From contig OZ025792.1 in NCBI GenBank assembly GCA_964019425.1, forward strand, positions 1,240,001 to 1,304,000: DNA of 64,000 nucleotides. Reading direction: 5' to 3'. Every line of letters begins with the position of its first letter. Within the stretch, counting starts at the first letter, position 1. The position numbers and the translations under genes are program-made. This DNA is from Flectonema sp. DT1601. Taxonomy: Eukaryota. The notes below the pieces were generated by a model. It worked only from the letters and a program-made list of their open reading frames with translations, had not been told where the DNA came from and searched no databases. Positions 13,114 to 23,948 of this stretch are shown here, in pieces.

Positions 13114-14505
13114 TTAGACCAGTCCTTGATCCAACATCGCGTCAGCGATCTTTACGAAACCAGCAATGTTAGCACCTCTGACGTAATCAACGTAACCATC
13201 TGGAGTACGTCCGTAGCTTACACAGTTTTCGTGAATGGCTAACATGATGTCACGAAGTTTGGCTTCCACCTTTTCACGAGGCCAGGAACTGTGAATTGCG
13301 TTCTGTGCCATTTCAAGACCCGAAGTGGCAACACCTCCAGCGTTGGAAGCTTTCCCCGGAGCGAATAAAACCTTCTCCTGACTAAAGACATGTACAGCTC
13401 CTGGAGTTGACGGCATGTTAGCACCCTCAGCAACACAAACACATCCGTTCTCTGTGAGAATAGCAGCGTCTTCCTGGCTGATTTCATTTTGAGTTGCACA
13501 CGGGAGTGCAATGTCACATTTGACACTCCATGGCTTCTTGTCTTTATAGAATGTTGCTGATGGGTACGTTTTGGTGTATTCGCGGATGCGCTTGCGTTCA
13601 TTAGTGATGAGATTCTTTACGAATTCGAGCTTCTCTTCATTAATACCATCAGGATCGTATAGGAATCCTGTTGAGTCTGATAAAGTTACTACTTTAGCAC
13701 CTAAAGAAGTTGCCTTCTCGGCTGCAAATTGCGCGACGTTTCCTGACCCTGAAATGACCACTTCCTTGTTAAGGAAACCTTCACTTCTTGTTTTCATCAT
13801 TTCATTAGCAAAGTACACAGTACCGTATCCTGTTGCTTCTGGTCGGATTAGAGATCCTCCCCAGTTAACGTTTTTACCCGTAAGGACTCCAGTGAACTCA
13901 TTTCTAATTCGTTTGTATTGTCCAAAGAGGTAACCAATTTCTCTACCTCCTACTCCAATGTCACCAGCAGGGATATCTGTGTGTGGTCCAATATGACGCT
14001 GGAGTTCAGTCATAAATGACTGGCAGAAGTTCATTACTTCACCATTCGTCTTCCCTCTCGGATTGAAATCAGATCCACCCTTACCACCTCCCATAGGGAG
14101 TCCAGTGAGAGAGTTTTTAAAAGTTTGTTCAAATCCGAGAAACTTCAAAATCGAGAGATTCACTGAAGGGTGAAACCTTAATCCTCCCTTGTACGGACCT
14201 AAGGCAGAATTGAACTCAACTCGGTAACCGCGAGCAATGCGAACTGTTCCATCACGTTGTTGCCAAGGGACTCGAAACATAATAACTCTCTCTGGTTCAA
14301 TAATTTTGTGTAAAATTCTTTGTTCTATGTAGTCTACTCGTCCACTCTCTTCTACGAATGGAACAAGAATATCTGCTACTTCCTGCACTGCCTGAAGAAA
14401 TTCTGGTTCATGAGTGTTCTTCTCAGTAACCCTTCTCATGTATGTATCTATAGCATCTTGATGGACGTTACTTGCAGACAGACGGGACAGAGTTCTACGT
14501 AGCAT
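13114..14505 (-). CDS. gdhA: NADP-specific glutamate dehydrogenase with a predicted mitochondrial presequence
   Basis: Motifs GPYKGGLRFHPSVNLSILKFLGFEQTFKNSLTGLPMGGGKGGSDF, PAGDIGVG, RPEATGYG, GSGNVA and EGANMP; N-terminus MLRRTLSRLSAS; no introns. Confidence 0.95.
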   Translation of the reverse strand: MLRRTLSRLSASNVHQDAIDTYMRRVTEKNTHEPEFLQAVQEVADILVPFVEESGRVDYIEQRILHKIIEPERVIMFRVPWQQRDGTVRIARGYRVEFNSALGPYKGGLRFHPSVNLSILKFLGFEQTFKNSLTGLPMGGGKGGSDFNPRGKTNGEVMNFCQSFMTELQRHIGPHTDIPAGDIGVGGREIGYLFGQYKRIRNEFTGVLTGKNVNWGGSLIRPEATGYGTVYFANEMMKTRSEGFLNKEVVISGSGNVAQFAAEKATSLGAKVVTLSDSTGFLYDPDGINEEKLEFVKNLITNERKRIREYTKTYPSATFYKDKKPWSVKCDIALPCATQNEISQEDAAILTENGCVCVAEGANMPSTPGAVHVFSQEKVLFAPGKASNAGGVATSGLEMAQNAIHSSWPREKVEAKLRDIMLAIHENCVSYGRTPDGYVDYVRGANIAGFVKIADAMLDQGLV

Positions 14506-14699
14506 TTTATTATCCGAAAGAACTGGCTATAAGAGGGGGGATATAATTATATTCTTAACTTTAAGGAGGAATTCAAACAAACCAACTCGACGTCAATATA
14601 ACAAAAAGCATGGAAATGCTTTGCAAAAAAAGAAAGTGTGCAAATTAATTCTTTTCATCGGAAAAAAAATCCCCCATCTTGTTTTAACTTTTTCTTTTC

Positions 14700-15023
14700 T
14701 TAGAATCCTCGTGTAGAAAACGTGTGGCGACATATTTTGAATGGGAGCCTAGACTCTTCCATACATTTAAAAACTAATTCACCTCGTTTACCGTGACAGA
14801 AGTTCAGACATGTATTTGGTGGTGGAGTAGTAACGAATTCTTTCCTTCCTACAAAACAGAGATCGTTTCCTAAACCATTTGCTCTGTCTCTTACATGAAC
14901 ACCACACTTACAATCCGCATCAGTTGTGCATCTGCGATGGTGATCTACAGGGCTAATTACTTTTGAGTTCTTCCCATCAACAGCGAGGATCACTAACAGG
15001 AATATAACCAGTAAGGCTTTCAT
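14700..15023 (-). CDS. Small secreted 8-cysteine protein (107 aa)
   Basis: The ATG at 15023 gives signal peptide MKALLVIFLLVILAVDG. The mature part has 8 Cys (CTTDADCKCG...CFVG...CLNFCHG...C...C). Confidence 0.7.
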   Translation of the reverse strand: MKALLVIFLLVILAVDGKNSKVISPVDHHRRCTTDADCKCGVHVRDRANGLGNDLCFVGRKEFVTTPPPNTCLNFCHGKRGELVFKCMEESRLPFKICRHTFSTRGF

Positions 15024-16287
15024 GTTGTTGTTGTTTTTTTGTATTCGGCGAAAAACTGCAAAAAGCAAAGTAGTGAGTTCTTAAAGAAGCATCCTTATTA
15101 ATAATAAATACCTTCACAGCATTGATTTCGTCATCGACATAAGCTGAAGACTCAATACATTATAAGAGAGGGGTATTAATTGGGAGTTGAGGGTAATATT
15201 TTTTTCAACGATGCAAAAAATTAACTGGCAAACCATCTGGTGGAACAGTAATTTTATAAATTAAGACATCGTGTGTAAATGTTTTCATTTTTCCATTCTT
15301 CTTTTTTTTTTTTTTTTTTTTTCTCCCTACTTTCGCAGCTCCCACGTGAGAATGACTTTTCTACTAACCATCAGCTGAATAATAGTTATACGAATGAAGC
15401 GTTGGATCAAAGCCAGTTTGCAAGTACCGATAAAAAACTATCTATTGGCGTCACACAGAAGCATCGATGACATTATCACGAAGGTTATCAAATAGAGGAT
15501 ATATTTTTAGGTTGAGGCTATTGCATCACTGCGTTATTTATTTTTTTAATCTTGCAGATCTTTTATATTGCAAGAAACGGCATCATGCCTCGCAGTGTTT
15601 CTATTCCATCAGATGAAGTGGAAGTCGTGGTCTTTATCAACACGAGGAGCAACTTCTTCAGTAACTGGCATGTGTGTTAAGGTGTTCCTGAATAGTGAAA
15701 ATGATGGGTTTTAAGAACTGTTAACAGACTTTAATACTAATTAAATACAACAAGGTAATTCCAGAGGATCTCATTTCCCTCTCCTTTTTTTTTTGCAAAT
15801 GAGAATATATTGCCAATTACCGTAGGCTGAGTTATTAGCCCTTTTCGCTATTATCAGGTTGTTAATAGAACACATTGGGGGAGTAAAGAAAAAGAAGGGT
15901 CAGAAGTCAGAATATAATTTAACTACAAATTCAGGAGTCGGTCACACTCCAGGGAAGCTGGTGCCGCATTCACTGTTTTGCACTCTCTGGGTATTTTTTT
16001 TTTTTACTACATCACTGTCATGAAATAAAGGTTTGCAGGAACAAACACATTATCAGGAACAAAAAAAAAAAAACACGCGTTTCGGGTGGGGAAGTTTTTT
16101 TGATGCTTCCGAACCGAACCAAACGCGTATTGAAATGTAGTTCACTCATACGAGGAAGTACAAGTTGATCATTGTATGTCTTGTAGTTCGTTGTATAACG
16201 GAAGTAAGAATTGGGTTAAGGGAGTGAGATTATTTAGAATCAGAGCCTGAACAAATACGAAATAAAATATATTAACAACCCACTCAC

Positions 16288-18219
16288 TTACGCTACTTTA
16301 ACAGGATTATCACGAGGGTGTTTGAATACTATAGCGTTATTGTTAATACCGCTGTTGATTCTGTGAACATTTTCTCCCAGTAGTGGTGAGAATAACGGTG
16401 GCGGTTGTGACCTGTCATCAGTAGTGGTTGTCTTGCGCGACATTTTCTGTAACATGACTGCTTCTTGATGAGCAGTTACTGTAGCTTCCAACTCAGCACG
16501 CCACTCTTCGATGATGACCCACTTACAGAAGATGAGATCGTACGGGGGTTGGTTAAGTCTTTCTAAACCTCCAATGATACCAAGTTCTCTCCTACTTTGA
16601 TGAACTAAATGTCGAACACGAGCAATTCCATGTTTCGAAGTAAAACTTTCGATCTCTTTCGAGATATCTTTCAGGACACATGAAAGTAGCCCTCTTTCTT
16701 TATCAAACAGCAGCTGTAATACTTCCTTACATTCTGATCTGATGGCGTTACTTAGGAAGCAAAGAACAGCAATAAGTAATTCAACTTGAATAGATCTCTT
16801 TAAAAGATTTACAACCGCCGGGTACACTCCACCTTCTGGGTCTAAACCTTGAGAGGTGTTGGGAGAAGACAGTGACCAGTTTGGCTTTCTGTAATTTGCA
16901 GAAGCATCTCTATGAGCAGGAAGTCTATTTTCGTCTCTGAATAGACTATTGTGAAATAATATCGAAAGCCTCAATGCTGACAGGGATACACTATCATCAT
17001 CACAGTCTTCATGTGATCCTAATAATTGCCGAGCCGTACTCGGTGATTTCTCAACAATGGTAGACAGCAATAACAACACTTGAATGCTTCTCGAATCGGT
17101 TGTCGACAACATTAATACCAACGAACCAATCTTACTTAATAGAATATCACAGAGAGGTTCATAAAATGATTTACCATGCAAGTTCGATATCACAAATCTC
17201 ATGCAAGCAATTACCGAAGATGTTGGCAACAAACCTCTCTCAAAGAACGATTCAAAGTAAGTAACAATACTTTCTTTATAATAATTTAGTAAAGAGACGT
17301 GTAGCTTTGGTGACATGGAAAAAAGTTCTACTGATGTTAAGAATCGAAGTCGTATGGTAATTCTTTCGAGAACATCAGGTGATTTGAGTAGCTTAGCAGG
17401 TTGTGTTTGAGTTAATAAAGTACTGAGCTCTTGGATAATGCTTGTCGATAGTAAAGGTGAAATGTCATTTAAGAAAGTTACACATTCAGGATACCAAACT
17501 GTTGTTAAACATTCGACTATCTCAACTGATAAATCAGATAAAAAGAGAATCTTATTTTCAAGATTTGGATCAATATTCTTCGCTTGAATGAACCCATCAG
17601 ATCCAATGTAAGGAATAGCATGAATAAGATAAGACTCGTTACTCTCTGCATCTATAAAGAATCCTGTACACTCTGGTGAAGAAGACAACTGCCATCCCAA
17701 TGAATACAACAAGTATAAGAAAGCATGATGTAAACGGGTATCTTGAGTGTTATGTGATCCAGGTATGCATCCCAAATCAGGTAATAAATGTTTTATCAAT
17801 TCAGTTGTTGGTATTATAATTTGTGAATGATGACCGAGTAAAGGTCGATCAGCACTACCTGCAGCAAGTACAACATCAGCTATGATTATTATTGAGGTGT
17901 GGATTAACCTGATGTCTGTTTTTTTTAGTCTCTTAGTGAATCTGCACATTACTCTTATAACGTCTTTTGATAGAAGGTATTCGTAACATGGAGGTGTGCT
18001 ATTTTGTAGATCTTTCTCACCATAAAGAAGGTCGATCATTTCGTTAGTTTGAGTTCTCAAAAAAGTAATAAATTCATCACCGCTTTGATCAATCATCTCA
18101 AATCGTTTTTTTAATGAATCCCAACAACTTTCGAACAATTCCACTTGTGTTAGCCTCCTCGTGGGTTGCAACTTCTTACTGCTCCGCCTCCCAGTTCGGA
18201 GGAAATTAATAAACGACAT
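16288..18219 (-). CDS. FHIP/FAM160 (RAI16-like) family protein
   Basis: 643-aa helical ORF. PPCYEYLLSKDVI near the N-terminus and VIIEEWRAELEA near the C-terminus resemble the conserved FHIP blocks. A terminal intron may alter the last residues. Confidence 0.6.
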   Translation of the reverse strand: MSFINFLRTGRRSSKKLQPTRRLTQVELFESCWDSLKKRFEMIDQSGDEFITFLRTQTNEMIDLLYGEKDLQNSTPPCYEYLLSKDVIRVMCRFTKRLKKTDIRLIHTSIIIIADVVLAAGSADRPLLGHHSQIIIPTTELIKHLLPDLGCIPGSHNTQDTRLHHAFLYLLYSLGWQLSSSPECTGFFIDAESNESYLIHAIPYIGSDGFIQAKNIDPNLENKILFLSDLSVEIVECLTTVWYPECVTFLNDISPLLSTSIIQELSTLLTQTQPAKLLKSPDVLERITIRLRFLTSVELFSMSPKLHVSLLNYYKESIVTYFESFFERGLLPTSSVIACMRFVISNLHGKSFYEPLCDILLSKIGSLVLMLSTTDSRSIQVLLLLSTIVEKSPSTARQLLGSHEDCDDDSVSLSALRLSILFHNSLFRDENRLPAHRDASANYRKPNWSLSSPNTSQGLDPEGGVYPAVVNLLKRSIQVELLIAVLCFLSNAIRSECKEVLQLLFDKERGLLSCVLKDISKEIESFTSKHGIARVRHLVHQSRRELGIIGGLERLNQPPYDLIFCKWVIIEEWRAELEATVTAHQEAVMLQKMSRKTTTTDDRSQPPPLFSPLLGENVHRINSGINNNAIVFKHPRDNPVKVA

Positions 18220-18808
18220 GAAAGTTTAAAGAAGTTAGGTTAATTCATGATATTTATTATCTGGTAGTAGAAATAAGTTATGTTTACAAACAGCACTGGT
18301 AGAGAATAGGTTGTGCCTTCCTACTGACAAGTGTCTCAATAATCTTGCATCTGAGGAGAGAAATCAAAAAGACATTTGAGAACAATAATGAAAATAATTA
18401 AACTAAATAAGGTAATCTACAGAGAGTAAATTGAAAACACTTCTTTTTTTTTTTTTTTTTTTTTTTGTTGTTGTCGGTTAGCAGATTTTGAATTGAGGAG
18501 ACGCAAAGTGCTAAGGCAGCCACAGCTAGAAATGCGCCTTCGAACCTGCCACAGGATTGATCAGAAGAAATGCCCTCAGACCATAAGATCTTCTCAATCT
18601 AACGTTGCACATTCTTCGTCAATCCGTTTTATTTTATTTACTTGCCCTGAGTCAGTCAAATAGCTAGCAGGACACACGAGTAAATTGTTTTTGGGTTTTA
18701 AAAAAAAGGGTTGCGTTTTTTTCTCCCAAAAAAAAAAACCCCCCAATAAAATCAAACAAAAGGCAGTACCAAAAAAGAAGAGGGAAATTTATTTAGTAGC
18801 TGAAAGTT

Positions 18809-20707
18809 TTATTCATGATCAAATACCCCAATGTAAGAGAGGTCTTCTGGTACAGATATATTCTCTACCATACCAAGACGTACCTGCTCACCGGGTGTTA
18901 GACAGGAGAGGTGTGAATTAGCAACTGGTGGCAGGTACGATAGCTCTGCCGCCGCGTCGTCAACTTCACCGTTTTTGTAAGAACGGAAAGCTTTCTCAGC
19001 TGCATCCTTAATAAACTGAGGACCTAACATAGCCATCATTGGATTATTGCTACCACTTCTGAAGATTAAATCACAAAGAGTTAATGCATCTGTTACACCA
19101 GAGTTGCAGAATTTCTGGATTCGATCGACAAAGTGACCAACCAGTTGCTTAAGAGATGACGACACAGCTTCACTAAATGAAGCACCTTGTCTAGTCTGCT
19201 TGTCTAGGATAACTTCTATTACACGTCTTGAATGAAGATTAACAATAGCCTGAGTATCAGATATAATAGAATCGATTCCTTCAGATGATTTAGTCATCGT
19301 AGTAAGTTGTTGAGTTATTCCTTCAGAACGCATTCTCTCAACTATTTCATTAGCGAATAAGCCAGCTAGCTTTGCTCTGTTTGCTTCAGTGTCTCGGTGT
19401 TGAAACTGTGACATGATTGCTTCAATAGCGTCATCTTCAAGTATATCAAAACACGAGATATTACCACCAAGGACTTGAAGAAGCATTGGGAGTGGTATCT
19501 TTGTTGTTACTTTACTTACTAATTCCTTAACCAGATCTTTAGCTGACATATCCACTGCGTCAGAGGAGTTGGGCCGCGGGGCGGCAGCTGGTGGAGTGGA
19601 TGTCGGAGCTGTTGTCGCAGGCTGTTGTTGTACTCCCTGAAGTTGAGCAGCTAACCCCGCAGCACCCTGTTGTAATGTTTGGTTTATTATCATTCCTATA
19701 CCTTGACCTAATCCTTGGGCTGAAAACGGTGCTCCACCCGGGGCAGGGGCCTGCTGATTCATTTGAGGCTGTACCTGCGGCTGCGCACCAGCCTGTTGGA
19801 TGGTAACATTAGTTTGTCCACTTTGAGCCATCGTTTGTTGGAATGCAGCAATTCTTCCTGGTAGTGTTTCCAAATCTCCCGGAGTAGCATGGACCACAAC
19901 GTGGACTCCAACTGGTGGTTGTTGTTGTTGTTGTTGCTGTTGTTGTTGTTGAGGAGGAATACCAAAACTAATATGTGGTTGAGAGTGAGGTGCTGGTTGC
20001 GGGTTCTGCTCACCTTGTTGTTGATTATCAGTTTGCTGGTTAGATTGATTGGGCTGAGTTGGCAGGTTCGTTGTGGAAGTTGTAAAAGTAGTTCTAACAC
20101 TATTGCCATCAGTTGTTTGTGTATGCACACCTGGCTGTCTACCAGCAGCACCGTTAGCAACTCCTCCGACTATCGACTGTTTTGTTTTATTTTATATTGC
20201 AATCTCTTGTTACCTAATAAATATTTATCTAAACAACGGGAAGCAGTAAGCAAGTATTAAATAAAAGTTCACACCTGAATCCATTGCCCAATATCAGCTG
20301 GGCCACCACCAAATGAAAATGGCTGGTGGTGGACGTGATGGTGCTGCTGGTGTTGTTGTGGTTGTTGTTGTTGCTGCTGCTGTCCTTGTGGTTGGCTTTC
20401 TTGAGGAGTTGCTTGAGCGTTGTCAGGTCTCTCGACTAAGTGAATTGTTTGATTTTCTGTAACTCCACACTCGTGAAGAACTTGTCCATCTCGTAAGGCT
20501 CTTCCCATTACAATTAGCCTCTGACGGTCTGCAGGGACTCCAATCTTCTCGTGAATTAATTCTTTCAATCTGAGTACAGTCCAGTCACTGTCTACTTCTA
20601 ACTGTACTGGTCCATCTGTTATTTGTTTACGTTGGATTATGTTATAATGTAATAATCCTTACTAATAATAAACACATACTGTCCATCCGTCTTACGTACA
20701 CTTTCAT
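18809..20707 (-). CDS. BAG6/BAT3-like ubiquitin-like-domain protein, 3 exons (20680-20707, 20275-20615, 18809-20176)
   Basis: Introns 20616-20679 and 20177-20274 give MKVYVRRMDNGPVQLEVDSDWTVLRLKELIHEKIGVPADRQRLIVMGRALRD...TIHLVER (a UBL domain), followed by Q/P-rich low complexity and a helical C-terminal region. Confidence 0.7.
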
Positions 20708-20858
20708 TTTTCGGATTTTTTTTGTATGACTCTTATTCTTGCTGTTTGGGGGAGGTAATAGATTACGGTACAGTACCCATATAATATAAGTAATTACGTT
20801 CGAAAACTCTTGGGAGGATAATCAAACCCTACAACCAAAGAGTTACTGGGTGGACTCG

Positions 20859-21659
20859 CTACTGTGTACAACATATAACTTTGGAAAAGTAACTATCAAA
20901 AGTGTTTACTGTTGTCGGTTGCAGTACTTCTGGACGCAACACTTCTAGTCTGTTTGGTGTTTTCTTCTTCATTGACTTGTCAATAGCAATAATAATATTT
21001 GCGATTGCTTCATGACTGATGGTTCCGTCAGCTTTGACAACAGCAGTTGAACGTCCTTCATCATCATCAGCCCTCTCAGAAGGATATTTGTATGTTATGT
21101 TAATACCTTTCTTCATGTCTTCATTACCATAAATGAAATGAAGCGCATCGATATAGGCTGCTTTGTAAATACCAGGTGAACGGGATTTGTGAAATAGATT
21201 TATGGCGCGTTCAGGACTCATGCCTTGAACCTTACAAAGATAATTACATATCATGTAACCGGTTCTATTATGTCCGTGAGTACAATGAACTATAATTAAA
21301 CCTGAAGAGTGTTGTTGCTGAAGCTTATTAACTTCACTAAGAAAAGCATCAACATCACCGCGAGGAGGAATAACACTGTGACCAGCCATTGCAATCTTGA
21401 TGTGAATTATTCCTTCTTTTTGTAATTGTTCTCTTTGGTAGTATCGATCTGTATTCGTTAAATCAACTACAGCAATCACATTCACATTATACTTTGATTT
21501 TACATCAGCTAACATACTGAGTAGTTCAAATCTTTGCGTTTTCTTTTTAATACTTTTATCATAAGACACATCAAGTGGTACTTTCATTGGTAAGAACTGT
21601 GTTCCTTCAACTACTTCTCCAATTGGAGGTAGATGAATCCATCCACTTGGTATTTTCAT
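20859..21659 (-). CDS. Cysteine-based RNA 5'-triphosphatase (DUSP11/PIR1 or capping-enzyme triphosphatase family)
   Basis: Active-site motif VHCTHGHNRTGYMIC, plus FLPMKVPL and VDLTNTDRYY. Confidence 0.85.
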   Translation of the reverse strand: MKIPSGWIHLPPIGEVVEGTQFLPMKVPLDVSYDKSIKKKTQRFELLSMLADVKSKYNVNVIAVVDLTNTDRYYQREQLQKEGIIHIKIAMAGHSVIPPRGDVDAFLSEVNKLQQQHSSGLIIVHCTHGHNRTGYMICNYLCKVQGMSPERAINLFHKSRSPGIYKAAYIDALHFIYGNEDMKKGINITYKYPSERADDDEGRSTAVVKADGTISHEAIANIIIAIDKSMKKKTPNRLEVLRPEVLQPTTVNTFDSYFSKVICCTQ

Positions 21660-21931
21660 TTTTTTTTCTTTTTAAATTCCTTCTAAAGAACATAACATAA
21701 TCCATTAACTGTTTTGTTTGTAGGATGACAACAATAAGTATAACAAGTAATCGGAGGGTTACAGCAACTCATTCGAACGCCGCACACGTTTTATTCACGA
21801 GAGACGATAAATAGAGTGCCAAGACACTCAAAGTAACAAACAATCAGGTTAGAGGTGATTATAACTTTAGCAGGTTATTACTTTTTTTAGAATGCATGAA
21901 AGTCCATTAAATAAATAGTTCGTCTGATGAT

Positions 21932-22564
21932 TTATTCATTAAGTGGTTTCATGGTTATTGTTTTATCGAATCGTTGAGCCTGACTTGGATCGTGAGTCAC
22001 CCAAATAACACCAGCCTGCATGCGCCTCACTTCAGCTTCAACAAGTTCTGTAGAATTAGTGTCCAGGGCAGCTGTTGGTTCATCTAGAAGAAGAAATCTT
22101 GGACGTTGAGCAAGAAAAATTGAAATTCGGCAACGAGCAGATTCACCTCCTGATAATGTTTTCCACGGAGCTGAGAATTTCGAAGCCTCAATACCTAACC
22201 GCACCGCTATCGCTTCACTCTCACTAGCGAGATTTGGTTTTTGATTGTGAGATAATTTACCGACAAACTCCGCATGTGCATATGGTGATTCTGCAGGTCC
22301 ACTTGTATAGTGACCCTGAGCACAGTACAATACATCTTTCCTCCATTCTGCTGGATTTATATTATCTTGAGGTACATTATCCAGTAAGACTCTTCCACCA
22401 TTTAGTTGGTCAAGTCCGTTTAAACATCGCAGCATGCTGCTTTTTCCACATCCGCTTTTTCCGACAACTGCTACAATTTCACGGTCTTTAACTGAAAAAG
22501 ATAAGTTTCTAATCAGAGATGTTCCTCCGATATTGCGGGACAGCCCAACGATTTCGAGAACCAT
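21932..22564 (-). CDS. Stand-alone ABC ATP-binding protein (FetA/STAR1-like)
   Basis: Walker A GKSGCGKS, signature LSGGE, Walker B LLLDEPTAALD and H-loop WVTHD. About 210 aa with no transmembrane domain; first ATG at 22564. Confidence 0.85.
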   Translation of the reverse strand: MVLEIVGLSRNIGGTSLIRNLSFSVKDREIVAVVGKSGCGKSSMLRCLNGLDQLNGGRVLLDNVPQDNINPAEWRKDVLYCAQGHYTSGPAESPYAHAEFVGKLSHNQKPNLASESEAIAVRLGIEASKFSAPWKTLSGGESARCRISIFLAQRPRFLLLDEPTAALDTNSTELVEAEVRRMQAGVIWVTHDPSQAQRFDKTITMKPLNE

Positions 22565-22796
22565 ATTATCACTCAAGCTCCTGTTATGAAGTTGATGAGT
22601 TCTGCTGATTTATTGAAACAATTAATAATTAAAATAATAACTTTTTGTTGTTATGGCAACACAAGCTGCCTCTGCCTTTCACACTTTACAATTAGATACT
22701 TTTAGCATCTAATAAGTTATAAGACTTGAAGAGTCTCATCGACTTATAAAATATTCCAAAGAACAGATATCTGTTGCAGTGATGCAATAAACAATT

Positions 22797-23174
22797 CTAT
22801 TCGATGCCTAATAATGTTACTTCAACGGCAATTGCAGCACCTGGAGGAATCCGGGGAGCCACACCAGCATCACCAAAAGCATAATGATGGGAAGATTCTA
22901 ATTTTGATATCTCTCCGACAGACATGTCTTCTAAGTAAGTATCCAGTAGTTCTAAGTTAGCATTCACTCCAACTGGAACACGTCTCTCGGTCCCTTTTCC
23001 TGCCCATCCACTGAACATGATTTCTCCTTCAACGTATAATTTTGTTTTAATAAAAGCGATGTCACCTCCTTTTGGTTTTTCTCCATTCCCAGGGGTGATT
23101 ATTTCTCTTCTGCAGTACCGCTCCTTAGGTTGTCCTAGAAGCTTAGCAGTGGATCGAAATGCACCTCGAAGCAT
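22797..23174 (-). CDS. FKBP-type peptidyl-prolyl isomerase-like protein, probably mitochondrial
   Basis: Motifs EIITPGNG.KPK.GD, MSVGE and YAFGDAGVAPRIPPGA; N-terminus MLRGAFRSTAKLL looks like a presequence. Confidence 0.85.
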   Translation of the reverse strand: MLRGAFRSTAKLLGQPKERYCRREIITPGNGEKPKGGDIAFIKTKLYVEGEIMFSGWAGKGTERRVPVGVNANLELLDTYLEDMSVGEISKLESSHHYAFGDAGVAPRIPPGAAIAVEVTLLGIE

Positions 23175-23948
23175 ATATAAATTCCTTCCACTGTTTGGAA
23201 AAATAAATTTTTAAAAATAAAAATTAAAAAAAGGGTGCAAAATCCTGATAAAGGAATAGGTTAGTTTCACTGCAACGATTCTCCTTTTACTCCTGACGTT
23301 TTCACATACCTGATCTGAATGAAAAAAAATAATTATTATTAATTGCTGTTGTTTTTTTTTTAAATAACATCTACAATTGAAATTACTGAGTAGTTCTACA
23401 GAATTAGATTATTAAATTTTCTTTTTTTTTTTTTTTTGAAATACAATTTGCTTTCCCCCCTTCCATCACCTTCGGTTCTTCTTATTTTTTTTTGATTGTT
23501 AAATAAATATGGATTGCTGCTTCACACACATCACCGTATTATGGTATGTTTGATTGTTTGAGAAGTACAAATAAAAAGATTTAAGGGTTTGCGCAATGGC
23601 GTGAAATTTATGTTTTTTTTTTTTTTTTTTTTTTGAGTTGATTTTTTTTTTAAAATAAATATTGGAGGGAAAGCTCTGAATCATAAAAATAAGAAAAGGG
23701 AATAACAACGCAACAAGGTAAGCTAATATCTCGCGAAAGGGAATCAGCTCCGTTTTTTTTTTTAAAAGCAGGAGTTCTGAATTTGTCAATTACCTCAGGA
23801 AGAATGGATTTTTTTTTTTTTTTTTTTAAACTCCTTGGAGCTCTAACAATCATTAAATAACAAAAAATGAATAAATCTACAAACAGTGGTGGGGGGAGGT
23901 AACTTTGAATATCAAACCAACTGAAGGGAAACAATCCCACAGACGATA

